Below are positions 13,401-26,200 of a DNA stretch of 64,000 nt, piece by piece (position 1 is the first letter of the stretch; each line of letters begins with the position of its first letter). This DNA comes from Antedon mediterranea (lineage: Eukaryota > Animalia > Echinodermata). Below the pieces are notes generated by a model that did not search any database, had not been told where the DNA came from, and was given only the letters and a program-made list of their open reading frames with translations. Location: the NCBI RefSeq assembly GCF_964355755.1, contig NC_092678.1, forward strand, positions 574,422-638,421. Reading direction: 5' to 3'. A program made the position numbers and the translations under genes.

Positions 13401-14703
13401 TGCTAACTATAATCATATAGGACTTAAAATAAATACTTAAAATCCTGATTAATATTTCTTGCAGGTGTTCAGATTCGAATGATACAACAGAATATACCAG
13501 ATGATGAGTTGAACTTACTTTATGTCGCTTTAACAAGAGCCAAGAAGAGACTTAAGCTTACAAGTCCTATACTCAAAATGCTGGCTAAATTAAATGTAAT
13601 TAAATCTACAGCATAATTTCTAGAATACTTGAGTAGGGAAGAAATTGAGACTCATAAATGAAGTTGTAGCAATAACAGAATATCAGATAATCAATAACAC
13701 TAACAGTATGGGATAATCAATAACAGAACATTAGATAATTAATCACAGTATGGGATAATCAATAACAGAATATGGGATAATCAATAACAGAATATGGGAT
13801 AATTAATAACAGAACATTGGATAATCAATAACAGAACATTGGATAATCAATAACAGAACATTGGATACAAGAAACCAGTATTATTACCAAACAATTTAAA
13901 TACTATGGTAACGTATGTGTTTCTTTTCTATTTCAGGAGACGTTTACCTACCCAGTTTCTACAAAGACAGTGATTGGCAAAGATGGGGATATAGTTGTCA
14001 AATGTCTAGAGTGCACCTACAAAATAGAACCTACTACAGTGTTAATATTTGAGAGGTTGAAGGTCAACTTGGTACGTTTTAAATGATTGAATTTCCAATT
14101 CATTGTTTTAATAAATAATTTAAAAACACAGTTTTGGCTTTCGTTACTGTGTATTTGGTAGAAATTTATTTAAATAAAGAATAAATTAAATCCAAATTAA
14201 GAAGAAAATGACTGATAGTACTGTATTAAGTTATCTGAATAAGTGAGTGAGTGGCCGAGCAGTTAAGACAGTGGAACCGTAATTACGTAGCCTTATGGCA
14301 TCGGCAGGGGTTCGAGGCTCACTCACTCCATGGTTCTGCTGGTAGAACGAGTCTTCTCGGATAAGGACTATAAACCGTACAGTAGGTCCAGTGTACACAT
14401 TTAGCTCGTGTGCACTTTAAAGAACCTAGTACATCTTTCGAGACGAGTAGGGGGTTACCCCGGTGTATTAGTACATCACAGCCACTGATCACCAACTGGG
14501 CCCTCTGGGACTGAAGAGGTTACCCAGTATAAATATAAATTTCAATTCAATTATACACAATTTTATTGTTCGTTAAAATAATCATACAAATTTGTATTTC
14601 ATAGGAATATTCTGATCAGGCGTTTCGACCGGGTGGCTTCCTGTGCCCTATATGCGCAGCCGCAACGAACAAAGCATTTGCTTCATTAGTTACACCTACC
14701 TAG
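1497..14703 (+). CDS. FBH1: F-box DNA helicase 1 (UvrD/SF1 helicase with F-box), multi-exon
   Basis: Approximate exons: 1497-2160, 2589-2788 (F-box [18 protein letters not shown]), 3129-3256 (FLPWKKLY), 3471-3592, 3763-3944, 4417-4518, 4777-4880 + 5412-5490 (Walker A AFAGTGKT), 5934-6026, 6463-6709, 6810-6888, 7031-7114 (LIDEAQD), 7592-7728 ([14 protein letters not shown]), 8087-8188, 8497-8618, 8763-8838, 8931-9119, 9439-9543 ([11 protein letters not shown]), 13465-13595 ([10 protein letters not shown]), 13937-14071, 14605-14703 (TAG). Confidence 0.92.
4086..4331. repeat. Intronic minisatellite, ~44-55 bp unit, 5 copies
   Basis: Repeated taacacttaacagctctatggtttggccatagtctcacaactat. The unit contains a small hairpin CTATGG..CCATAG. 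Confidence 0.9.
4975..5395. repeat. Intronic minisatellite, 50 bp unit, ~8 copies
   Basis: Repeated aacctactctgtgtactaagtctactctacttctaagtgtgtattttagg. Confidence 0.92.
5510..5697 (-). mobile_element. 5'-truncated copy of the tRNA-derived SINE at 14243
   Basis: Reverse complement of the 3' part of 14243-14552 (aaagaacctagtacatctttcgagacgagtagggggttacccggtg...gaagaggttacccagtataaat). Confidence 0.85.
7148..7414 (+). mobile_element. Second SINE family, tRNA-like head with L2-type 3' tail
   Basis: A-box-like tagccaagtgg and B-box ggttcaactcc. Body ctcaggtgtaaatgagtacctgg. Tail agcgctttagag...tgctatacaaa..tattattat resembles the L2 3' end at 13179-13246. Confidence 0.6.
9668..13246 (+). mobile_element. 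Full-length L2-clade non-LTR retrotransposon (LINE) in an FBH1 intron
   Basis: One intact APE-RT ORF, a 3' stem-loop and a (TTA)n tail ending at 13246. The boundaries are fixed by the interrupted MITE sequence on both sides. Confidence 0.9.
10052..13171 (+). CDS. LINE ORF2: AP-like endonuclease plus reverse transcriptase (1039 aa)
   Basis: EN motifs SETWL, GGGV, VYRP, GDFxIH, PTH..GHTLDL, SDH. RT motifs [31 protein letters not shown], LKLNxxKTE. C-terminal HITPVLxxLHWLPV is typical of the L2 clade. Confidence 0.95.
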   Translation: MLISYSSEFLHGLQGCVTNNNNSCELPEESCLIIQSFKLNSSSCSIHLLPRRPKRKTRRGTRAGRDKHTKNNLSFPDLSSNSLLSKNNIKFCSINTRSVRNKTTEFVDFVIEHNLDVVALSETWLKPEDTSVIGNITPNGYSLKHAPRAGTKRGGGVALLYKESIAVKCYDTGLLPKSFELLNVEIVSNASSVFLVAVYRPQSKSTGCSLNVFTEEFSTLVDHYVLKPAPILFVGDFTIHVDMPNDADAIHFRNLLVASSLQQHVSTPTHRHGHTLDLLITRSSDPPVFSNLNVIDGISDHYAITCNLLIKKPPVITKSIETRHWNAINFETLCKDITQSDLGTSLSNLDLSSKVRLYVTTLSELLDKHAPPKKRTVKVRPNTSWYNSDIYAEKRTKRKLEKKWRISHLEIDRQAYIAQKRNVNSMVRKAKANYYIGLCEEHAADQKGLFKIVNQLLHHRQVSPLPDSLSDLDLANRFCQFFTDKIKIIRDDFKIDDMSFNEPVTAVHQHLTTFTPASQDEIRNILMKSPTKSCRLDPVPTSILKKCIDAVVPIITEIINHSLNTGIVPDELKIAHVRPLIKKQNLDHNTLKNYRPVSNLSFLGKTLERVVTSRITPYLQKHNLNENYQSAYRACHSTESSLLKVQNDLLQGMNDGKITLLVLLDLSAAFDTVDHQRLITRLRNRIGINGVALNWFQSYLTGRRQLVCINDAFSDEACLEYGVPQGSVIGPGQFSIYTLPLGDIIRKHSLHFHFYADDTQIYVSVNPVKRDVAAAISKMEACIEDVRNWMTTNYLKLNDGKTEFIIVGSKCNISKINITHIRIGNSNIAPSSVVRNLGIMLDSNLTMEAQITTVSKAACISIRNLGRIRGNLNKKTAELIVHSFVTSKIDIGNALLFGIPKSQIQRLQRLQNMAARIVTYTKSNAHITPVLMDLHWLPVQQRIKYKLALFVFKILNDSAPAYLSDLVDRYESSRRGLRSLSQNLLQERRAKNQWGQRSFYVAAASVWNSLPATVKCSTSLNSFKTNLKTSLFADVLARC
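14243..14552 (+). mobile_element. Full-length tRNA-derived SINE with a Deu/Nin-domain-like body
   Basis: A box tggccgagcagtt and B box ggttcgaggct. The body ggataaggactataaaccg..aggtcc..ttaaagaacc..agtagggggttaccccggtg resembles the Deu/Nin SINE domain (recalled, not aligned). AT-rich tail, with other copies at 5510 and 21795. Confidence 0.8.
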
Positions 14704-16439
14704 ATGTGCAGTCACTAGAAGACGGAAGCGTAACTAAAAACAGAACTATATAGCGCCCTCTAAATGTGCAGCTGCAACAATGTTCATCATAAGATTTTAC
14801 GAGGCTAGAGAAGTGCTATTAAAGTGTCATAAAATAACCAATGATTAAGAAATAGAGACAACAAGTTGTCAGAGATGTGAGAATACTAGCAGGAAACGAA
14901 CCTACAGTAGGTGTTGAAGAAAAAAAATAGACCTACAGTAGGTACTGTATATTCACAGAAGACAAACAATAATTCCTTATTATTACATAGCAACTGGTTG
15001 TTAAAAGACAGCGTGCAAAGGTCCGGATAAATCTTTTGGAAAAGATTTTACATGGTTCAACAGAAGTTAAGAAAACAATCTTTTATTAGAATATTTTAGT
15101 ATATTTAAAAATGTAATCTAATTTTGTATCCTTTGATTAAATTTCCAAAAATATAATTCCAAGTTAAATACAGTACTAAAACGTACAGTTCCAAAAAGTT
15201 TATAAAATCATGGTGCTATAATCATATTCTGTTATCTATGCATGACAATGACATACAATAATGCTATTTTAATTACCTTCATTTTGAGATAAAATTATAA
15301 AAATGTTTATCATTAGTTAGCATACACAAATTAATTTGTAGTAAATAAAACATAGCCTATTAATTTTATGCAGTCTTAATAAACTCTGCCTACACTAACA
15401 AACTAGTTTGACAAATAAAGTGTGATGTGCCCAAATTATGGTAGGGATATGACATCATCATGTCCATATATGGGCACCTCACATTTCACAGACTTTTATA
15501 GTGTAGATAGCTAGCTTTTATTTATTGTAGATTGATACACTCAAACGAAAAATTATTATTAAGAACAAATTATTTTTTTTGTTTGGTAGAGACGGATTGT
15601 TTTTAAATAAAATTTTAAAAAATGAATCACGATATCATGGTTTATTTGTGTTATGCGCATTTTTATCCAAACCAAGTTATTTTTTTTTATCAATATTTTT
15701 TTTATTAATATTTATATCACAATATCAGAGTATGATTATATACTGAGCATGCATCTAACTAATAAATTAGAGAGTTTCTATATTGGTAAGATATTACAGT
15801 AGTGTTACTCTTTTCTGACCTTTCTCTCACAAGAAAGGATTATAAGTTGCTGAAGTGAGCCCTCTAACGGTTGGAATAAACACTTAGGCTTGGTTTATAA
15901 GGTCGTCTGGATATTTAAGACTACACCATAATAATGATTTGACAGCAAAATGTAATTTCTATTTTTAACCGTTACTTTTCTGTAAGTAACGTTATTTATA
16001 AAAATCTGATGTTGGCTTTCTCAAGATTTCATTTAAAATAAACTACAATTGTACAAAAACGATTATTACAGAGTAGGTCTACGATACATTGTTGGTAAGT
16101 TTTAACTTTGATTTTTCTAACCCGCTGCTGCTGCACAGGAAGTGTACAGTAAATAGTAAGTACACTGTATAAATAATCATGGAGTTAAAAACTCCCTGGT
16201 ATAATTTTGTACTGTAACTGTATTTTAGTGTCAGGTTCCTTCGATCAACAAAACTAATCAGTGACTATTAATGCTAAAGTGCAATAGATACAAAAATATA
16301 TAGAATTGTTTTACAACTAAAATGCATATTATTTACAATTATTAAATATTATTATTAAAAAATGGGTTTTGCTCATTCTTAATGTTGCTATTTTAGCACT
16401 ACAGAACTGGCTGGAAATAGCGGGACACAATCTCTCAAT

Positions 16440-19400
16440 ATGGGACAGCAGCAATCGAGTTTGTCTTACAAGACAGATTTGGAAAATAAGGAACACCTCA
16501 AGGACCACATCTTAGGCGCAATCTACGGCAACTGTATCGGCGATGCTATTGGACTACTCACAGAATTCATGACAAAGGAACAAGCAGAACAAGTAAAGAT
16601 AAAAATACTGCAGTAACTAGTATTTGTAAAAGGGGGTGATTACTAATATTAATAATGTAAATGAACAGCATGACAAATGTTCAAATTAGTAAAAATTTGG
16701 TAAAATTCCTTCTTTAAAAATCCAACATTTAAAATTCCTCCAAAGTAATCAAGAAAATGTGTTACAATGTATGAAATAAAAAATACTCCTTATTAAAATT
16801 AATTTGAGCTTAAACTTCTAAAAATTAATTTAAAATTACAAAATCGGTTGAATGAAAGTAAATCTTTAATTTCAACAGAATTATACAAGGCCGTTGGAGT
16901 ACACGTCTAAGACATTGATACCAAAACAGTTCATGCATCAACACGTGTTCCCAGTAGCTGATTGGACGGACGACAGCGACCAAATGATCCTAATAATGCA
17001 TTCATTAACATTCAATAAAGGAAAGGTAATAACAAACCTAACAGAAACATTCATAATAAAATATATAATAATAATAGGATTGTATTCTCAGATATATTAT
17101 ATTTCACTATAGTATCTCTATAGTATACTGTACTCTATATATTGAGACATTATAATTCTTCTAATTTCATTCATCTTCAATAATGAAGCACCTACTATTC
17201 ACAGGCGGCCCATAGACAGGGGGTTATGGTTTGGGTAAACACCCTTTTACAGTGAACCCTCCACCATCCCCAACTACCCTCATCCCTATCAAAAATCTAC
17301 ACAATTGGTGTTACAGATTGAATACCCTACAGTAGAATATATTACTAGTAGTAATAATTAGACAATTGGTGTGCATAGACTATGGTACGTCTTACTAACC
17401 CTATCCATATCTATAGCAGCGCGCGTTCTCAATTCATAGTACGGTAAGCTGGCCCATAGAACCATAGGCACAACCCCCCTCTAAACTAAACAGATCATTA
17501 GATTTGATGATGTTTGTAACGTCAAAATTTATGATAAGGTCATTGCCATAATGAAAGATGAGTCATCCACTCTATAGTGATTTTCAATGGTTGAGATCTG
17601 GAAGGCGTTTGAGGGCTACACGCTGTAGAACAAAACGCTTCCTTAATTCTTTTGTTCCGTACTCAATTAGACATTTTAATAATCGTTGTTAAGTCGTTGA
17701 ATTTTGTTGCTATGTAATTTTATTGTATTAACCTTTTAACTTTGAGCAATTGTATGTCACATGAATTTCCGTATGGACAAATAAAATGAACTATAAACTC
17801 CTCCCCACCCTTGTCAGATCCTGTCTATGGATGGGTTTGATTCAAATCACAGATGGTATTATTAATGACAAGAATGAATATGAAAATTAAACGATATAAC
17901 TGTTTTATCCTATCATCATAGGCTGTTGCTATAGACTTTGCCAAAAGGTTAGACGACTGGGCAACAGATGGCTTTAAGGAGTTAGGAGACACGTCAGGAA
18001 TGGGCGTTGGTAGAACCACCAACATGGTTATGTTCCATGAGAGTTTCCTTACTAATCCTCACAAGGTTAGAAACAAATTCGTTTTTAGATGGGAATTGGG
18101 AAGACGGGATGTCTAGAAAACTCAGATCTAGCTGTACATTATTTATTTACTTCATACACATCCTACAGTGAGCACAAACTCGTCAATGGATGTATCGTGC
18201 TTATAAACTATTAGTTACTATATATCTCGTTTGAGGCTTAGGGAGTGGAGTAGAAAGAGTTGTGAGTTACAACCCTGGCACTAGGTCAAGATTGAAGGCA
18301 AGCACATTAACCACCAAGCTACAGCTCCACTAATTAGTCATTAATGTCATCAGGCATATCAACATGGTTCATAAAATAGATAATAATAATAAAATTAGAA
18401 ATTTAGGGAAAGCTAATATTATAAAGATAAACTAGACAATTACTTCAATTGAAAACCAACCAATAAAATTGAACTGCTGAAATATTGGATTGCAGATCTG
18501 TTTATACTGTATGTTGTTACACATGCTGGCTTTTAGTTTACCTAATAAAATACCTGCTGCTCATATCTTAGTATTGTTATAAACAAAACATTAGTTCTTA
18601 CCTTATACTCCTCTGTAAGGGTAAGTCTTGATGTATTATCCAGTTAAAGTATTATCCAGTTAAAGTATTATCCAGTTAAAGTTATCTAGTTAATGTTATC
18701 CAGTTAATGTATTATCCAGTTAATGTATTATCCAAGTAAAATATTATCCAGGTAAATTTAAAATGACAATGCACAGTACTGAATCAATCGCATTGTAAAG
18801 CGTTATCCTACCAGTTGACTTAAGTATCCTACCAGTTGACTTAAGTATCCTACCAGTTGACTTAAGTATCATCCAGGTAAAATAAAGAATGGTAAAAATC
18901 TACACATTGCAATGGCTTCCATTGTATGCAAGTATGTTGTCTTTCAATCTTGAATGCTCACCCTACCAGTTATAGGCCTAGTCACCGGCCTAGCTAGTCC
19001 CCAGCCTAGCTGGTCCCCGGCCTAGTCCAGGTAAAATTAAGATTGGAACAGTATATCACACATTACCAGTTTTAGTAAATATCCAAGACTGTACATCATA
19101 TAATATCACTTCCATTTGAAATTAAACTTCTATGATCATCAATAATTTAACCCTCAATATTTGACAGTAAAGCTAGGCCATACCTCCATGGCTAGGCCTA
19201 CATGTGCTCACAACAGCACAGCATGATTCTTGTTGTTCACCACTCAGCCAATCACAAGTCATTGTCATGGTTGATTGATTTCAACCCAATTTGCATAAAC
19301 TTCACCTGTGTAGTTATATCTGAAAAGTGAAACTATTACAGAACACAAGAGGGCGGTATTTTTTAATGGATTAAAAATGATGCTCTTTTCTTTTTTTCAT

Positions 19401-20853
19401 GGTATTATTTATTGATTGTTTTTCATTTTTATTTCTGCAGGCTGCAAAATCAATCTGGGAATTAAAAAATAAAAACATAGCGCCAAATGGAGGCGTGATG
19501 AGAACATCAATACTTGGAATATGTAACTATGGCAACATGGATGGTGTCATCCAAAATACTCTGGAAATTTGTAGAGTTACACACGCTGACCCACGGTAAT
19601 TATGCAAATTAGCTTACCTAGGTTTTCTTTCTAATGTCCCTGTCCCCCTTTCATTTTAAATAAAATATAAAAAAAAAACCAGGATGGATATTTGTTCCTT
19701 TTCTATTGCTTTTATAAATAATTTAATTAAAAAAAAAAATTGGACTTTTACAGGTGCCAAGCATCATGTGTTGCTGTGACAACTGCCATAGCGATGATGC
19801 TTCAGGGAAAACACTTCAAAGACGGAAATTATGATGTCAGAAAATTGTGCGATGATGCGTATGAATACGCAAAAGCACAATTACCAAAACTAGAAAATGG
19901 AAAAGACAACCAAGATGCTGTAGGTATATTTATTGAATGTCATAATAAATGCAATGAAACATAATATAAGACAAGGTGCTCAACATTTAAGTAATACTAA
20001 AATAAGTATTAACATGTTATGACAAGAATGTATGTTTTGTATTGGAGGCAAGTGGGAAAGGGGAGGTGGTGACGACCGACGGGCTGGTTGAGCGAATCCT
20101 CCACTAATCTCTGGATGATTATCTTAATAGAAAATAGAATATACTTGTTGAATTACAATAGAGAGTACTACTACTACTCTGACCAACAAACTAAGAATAT
20201 TGCTATGATTATTTTGTAGATTAATGAATTGAGAAAACACATGTTTGCCAGCTCACTTAAGGATCTAGAGTTGGCTAGGTCGTCGTCAATCGGCTACACA
20301 TATAAGTGCCTTGGGGCTGGATTCTGGGGCTTGAGACAAGACAACTTCAGGGATGCTATTGAGTGTATTACAATGGAGGTAAGTCAAGTCTGTTGGTACA
20401 AATCAACACCATGGGGTGCCATCCAACAAACCTATTTAAACAAACATCTTTATTGAGCACCTTTAAGTCACTACTCGAAACTCACATTTTCTGATATTTT
20501 TGGCAGCGCCAAGAGCAATGACTGTTGGAATGGCGCTATATAAACCGAACGATTGATTGATTTGGTAGGCCAGAGATGCCAATACAGAATAAGAGACCTT
20601 TCCGTCCACGAGCTGGCATCTATTGACTGAAATGTAACCCTAAACAGTACTGTATTAAGTTTAAACATTTATTGTTTTGTAGGCTGGAGATGCGGATACA
20701 AACGGAGCAGTAGCAGGAGCCCTGTTAGGTTGTAAGCTGGGGGCATCAGGTCTACCAGCCTCGTGGCAAGATGAACTCAAACACAGAGAATGGTTGGATA
20801 CTCAGATATTAAACTTTATCAAAGTGTGTAGAGTACCTATTAAAGTAACCTGA
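16440..20853 (+). CDS. ADP-ribosylglycohydrolase (ARH/DraG family), 7 coding exons
   Basis: Exons ~16440-16592 (GAIYGNCIGDAIG), 16879-17025 (WTDDSDQ), 17922-18065, 19441-19595 (NGGVMR..THADPR), 19754-19919, 20220-20378, 20683-20853 (GDADTNGAVAGALLG, TGA). The metal-binding acidic motifs are intact. Confidence 0.88.
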
Positions 20854-21613
20854 GAAACATAGTAAAACATGAGTTAGAATACATGCTAATGACATTAATG
20901 TGGCCAACATAAAGAAACATTAGAAATAAATGTGTTAGAATACAACTAAAGAATGCTAATGACATTAATGTGGCCAACATAAAGAAAGACATGAATGAGT
21001 TGGAATGGTAATATATTTGTTAAAGCATGTAGAGTTCCACATCGGAAATAAAATATAGTTCGAATATATCATGCTATTTTTTAACTAGGCTGCTGAAAAC
21101 AAAATTGTATTGTATTCATAATTTGTAAATGAAATGAAACAAGGCAAGAAACGGGTTAAAGCTCATATTGAAAGCAAAAACTAAAAGTACTGCACACTTG
21201 TAACCACTCTGAATTGAACAATGTAGGGTTTTATGGTGCTTTAATTTATATTATTACAGATTAGATATGTTTCTTATAATATATACAACAAGGTTTTATT
21301 AAGTAATTTGTAATTTTCTTCCAATAAAGTAAATTCAGTACAATATATTGTCTACATTTGTTTTTATTATCTGAACTGTAAACTATAACTATAACACTTA
21401 ATATAAAAACTGTACCTATTTTGAAAGCACTTATTCTTTATACATAGTAAATTACTTATGTTTGTTAGCACCATTTAAAGTATACACAATAGTATATAAC
21501 AAAGTAGTTTATATAGTCTCTTTTTGCTTGCTGTACTGTAGAGGCTACACTTTACCTAACTACAGTTAAACTTTGACCTTTACTACTAACTCAATATCCC
21601 ATCATGCTTTGCT

Positions 21614-23249
21614 TCATGTATTACTAGTTCCAGCTGTTTCCTGATCCTCTCTTCCACCCTCTGACCTGATCACCTCTCTGTACTGCGTGTTCCAGTTTTC
21701 TGGTCTCATGTTGCCATAAACCTGAAATCATCAGAATGCAACAAATTATGAAAAAACGCATAAAAATCTAGATAATTAAATTGAGATATTTTATTTATAC
21801 TAACTGGGCGACCTCTTCAGTCAAAGACTGGTCTCCCAGAGGACCCATGATCAGTGGATGTGATGAACTAGTACACCGGTGTAACCCCCTAATCATCTCG
21901 AAAGATGTACTAGGTTCTGTAAAGTGCACATGAGCCAGAGGTGTACACTGGACATACGGTTTATAGTCCTTATCCGAGAAGACTCGTTCTACCACCAGAA
22001 CTATAGAGTGAATGAGCCAGAGGTGTACACTGGACATACGGTTTATAGTCCTTATCCGAGAAGACTCGTTCTACCACCAGAACCATAGAGTGAATGAGCC
22101 AGAGGTGTACACTGGACATACAGTTTATAGTCCTTATCCGAGAAGACTCGTTCTACCACCAGAACTATAGAGTGAATGAGCCAGAGGTGTACACTGGACA
22201 TACGGTTTATAGTCCTTATCCGAGAAGACTCGTTCTACCACCAGAACCATAGAGTGAATTAGCCAGAGGTGTACACTGGACATACGGTTTATAGTCCTTA
22301 TCTGAGAAGACTCATTCTACCACCAGAACTATAGAGTGAATGAACCAGATATCAATGATTCTCTAATAAAGAGCATAAACAACCATATGTCATATATACA
22401 TACTTTGCAGACAAAGTCTAGTATTTGGCGTTTAGAGATTTCCTTATGTGCTCGTAGGCCCCACCTAAACTCATGAATAGGGGTCTCTGAATTTGGTATC
22501 TTTGTATATTCCAAGTACCTTTAAAAAATAAATGAATAATTAACAGCATGTGATAGGAAATTAACCAATCAAATGGCCAGAATACTCTCAGGTGTGTTAT
22601 AAAATGCACTAATGTGACAATAAATATAAAATAGAACGAATAATGAACATCATGTGATAGGAAATTAACCAATCAAATGGCCAGAATACTCTCAGGTGTT
22701 ATAAAATGCACTAATGTGACAATAAATATAAAATAGAACGAATAATGAACATCATGTGATAGGAAATTAACCAATCAAATAGCCAGAATACTCTCAGGTG
22801 TGTTATAAAATGCACTAATGTGACAATAAATATAAAATAGAACGAATAATGAACATCATGTGATAGGAAATTAACCAATCAAATAGCCAGAATACTCTCA
22901 GGTGTGTTATAAAATGCACTAATGTGACAATAAATATAAAATATAACGAATAATGAACATCATGTGATAGGAAATTAACAAATCAAATAGCCAGAATACT
23001 CTCAGGTGTGTTATAAAATGCACTAATGTGACAATAAATGATCTTACATTTGTTTTGTAAAGTCAATAGTCAGGATCCTTTTCACATCGCCAAACACTTC
23101 GTGGTCTTTTCTATAAAAAAAAAAAATCAAAACAGTGTGTGTGGAATTTTTCTTTTTATATTTTACTCAACGCAAGTGATTGAAATAAAACTTACCCTTC
23201 ATCACAATTAATATCTAGCTTCTGTAGAATGTGCCATAATAATGCTGAA

Positions 23250-23280
<31 letters not shown>

Positions 23281-26200
23281 CTGAAAATCAACAAAAACAA
23301 TTATAAATACTTAGGAAACTCTAGCTGTACCCGACAGTTTGTTGAGATAATCAATCTAGCTGCACCCCACAGTTTGTTGAGATAATCAATCTAGCTGCAC
23401 CCCACAGTTTGTTGAGATAATCAATCTAGCTGCACCCCACAGTTTGTTGAGATAATCAATCTAGCTGCACCCCACAGTTTGTTGAGATAATCAATCTAGC
23501 TGCACCCCACAGTTTGTTGAGATAATCAATCTAGCTGCACCCCACAGTTTGTTGAGATAATCAATCTAGCTGCACCCCACAGTTTGTTGAGATAATCAAT
23601 CTAGCTGTACCCGACAGTTTGTTGAGATAATCAATCTAGCTGTACCCGACAGTTTGTTGAGATAATCAATCTAGCTGCACCCCACAGTTTGTTGAGATAA
23701 TCAATCTAGCTGCACCCCACAGTTTGTTGAGATAATCAATCTAGCTGTACCCGACAGTTTGTTGAGATAATCAATCTAGCTGCACCCCACAGTTTGTTGA
23801 GATAATCAATCTAGCTGCACCCCACAGTTTGTTGAGATAATCAATCTAGCTGCACCCCACAGTTTGTTGAGATAATCAATCTAGGTGCACCCCACAGTTT
23901 GTTGAGATAATCAATCTAGGTGCACCCCACAGTTTGTTGAGATAATCAATCTAGCTGCACCCCACAGTTTGTTGAGATAATCAATCTAGCTGCACACCAC
24001 AGTTTGTTGAGATAATCAATCTAGCTGCACCCCACAGTTTGTTGAGATAATCAATCTAGCTGCACCCCACAGTTTGTTGAGATAATCAATCTAGCTGCAC
24101 CCCACAGTTTGTTGAGATAATCAATCTAGCTGCACCCCACAGTTTGTTGAGATAATCAATCTAGCTGCACCCCACAGTTTGTTGAGATAATCAATCTAGC
24201 TGCACCCCACAGTTTGTTGAGATAATCAATCTAGCTGCACCCCACAGTTTGTTGAGATAATCAATCTAGCTGCACCCCACAGTTTGTTGAGATAATCAAT
24301 CTAGCTGCACCCCACAGTTTGTTGAGATAATCAATCTAGCTGCACCCCACAGTTTTTTGAGATAATCAATCTAGCTGCACCCCACAGTTTGTTGAGATAA
24401 TCAATCTAGCTGCACCCCACAGTTTGTTGAGATAATCAATCTAGCTGCACCCCACAGTTTGTTGAGATAATCAATCTAGCTGCACCCCACAGTTTGTTGA
24501 GATAATCAATCTAGGTGCACCCCACAGTTTGTTGAGATAATCAATCTAGCTGCACCCCACAGTTTGTTGAGATAATCAATCTAGCTGCACCCCACAGTTT
24601 GTTGAGATAATCAATCTAGCTGCACCCCACAGTTTGTTGAGATAATCAATCTAGCTGCACCCCACAGTTTGTTGAGATAATCAATCTAGCTGCACCCCAC
24701 AGTTTGTTGAGATAATCAATCTAGCTGCACCCCACAGTTTGTTGAGATAATCAATCTAGCTGCACCCCACAGTTTGTTGAGATAATCAATCTAGCTGCAC
24801 CCCACAGTTTGTTGAGATAATCAATCTAGCTGCACCCCACAGTTTGTTGAGATAATCAATCTAGCTGCACCCCACAGTTTGTTGAGATAATCAATCTAGC
24901 TGCACCCCACAGTTTGTTGAGATAATCAATCTAGCTGCACCCCACAGTTTGTTGAGATAATCAATCTAGCTGCACCCCACAGTTTGTTGAGATAATCAAT
25001 CTAGCTGCACCCCACAGTTTGTTGAGATAATCAATCTAGGTGCACCCCACAGTTTGTTGAGATAATCAATCTAGCTGCACCCCACAGTTTGTTGAGATAA
25101 TCAATCTAGGTGCACCCCACAGTTTGTTGAGATAATCAATCTAGGTGCACCCCACAGTTTGTTGAGATAATCAATCTAGCTGCACCCCACAGTTTGTTGA
25201 GATAATCAATCTAGGTGCACCCCACAGTTTGTTGAGATAATCAATCTAGCTGCACCCCACAGTTTGTTGAGATAATCAATCTAGCTGCACCCCACAGTTT
25301 GTTGAGATAATACATCTAGCTGCACCCCACAGTTTGTTGAGATAATCAATCTCTATTCATCTCATAATAAACAATACACAAACAAACAACAAATTTGAAG
25401 AAGATGAAAGGGACCTCCAGGGGCTTGTAATAGGAGGCCCACTAAAAACCAGTTACATTAAGATAATAAATAAAAACCTGTATAGACTAATAGACATGAC
25501 AGGATAAAAAAGGTCTGCGCATTGTTAAGGAATACCATTGCCAGGAAAGACAAAAATTAGCGTTGTTAGTTGGTAGCTGTATGACATGAAGGGACACTTA
25601 GGGAAGATGAAAGAGAGACAGACAGATGCCTACACACATATTATGATCATAAATTGTGATCATGGACGGTTATTTGATATGATTGTGATCGTCTCTTACC
25701 ATCTGTGATCACTTGTCCCTGATTCATGAAGATAATACTTAGAACAATTAAGAGTAGAGTCATTCGAGGTTCCTCAGACGACCTGCAAATATAAATAATA
25801 ATAATAATAATAAGATTTATACAGCGCACATATCCACTAATATAGTGTGTAATAACTTGTGTGGACAATAACTTGTGTGGACAATACATACAACAACAAC
25901 TTTCATCTTCCCTAAAGCTCTGTCTACACTTGACAAAAAAGTGTGAAGAGAGGTCTGCCCAAATATGGTAGTGATATGACATCATCATGTCCATATATGG
26001 GCACATCACATTTTTTTGTCACATATAGTTTGATAGTGTAGACAAGGCTCAGGTGTTCCTTCATGTCATACATACAGCTTCCACCAAATGGTGCTCATTT
26101 GTCATTTCACAACTGAGGCAGAGATGGAACAGTACACTGTGGTTACCCTCTACTCTTTCAAAAGATGAACTGTGTTCTTTAAAGTGCACACAAGCCAGAT

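Noticed and set aside
14243-14330. tRNA gene
   Set aside because: A and B boxes are present, but the sequence continues into a SINE body that has other copies in the window.
23320-25352. CRISPR-like array (35-bp repeats)
   Set aside because: The units are directly adjacent with no unique spacers, there are no cas genes, and the array lies in a eukaryotic intron. The same holds for 50330-53807 and 63358-64000.
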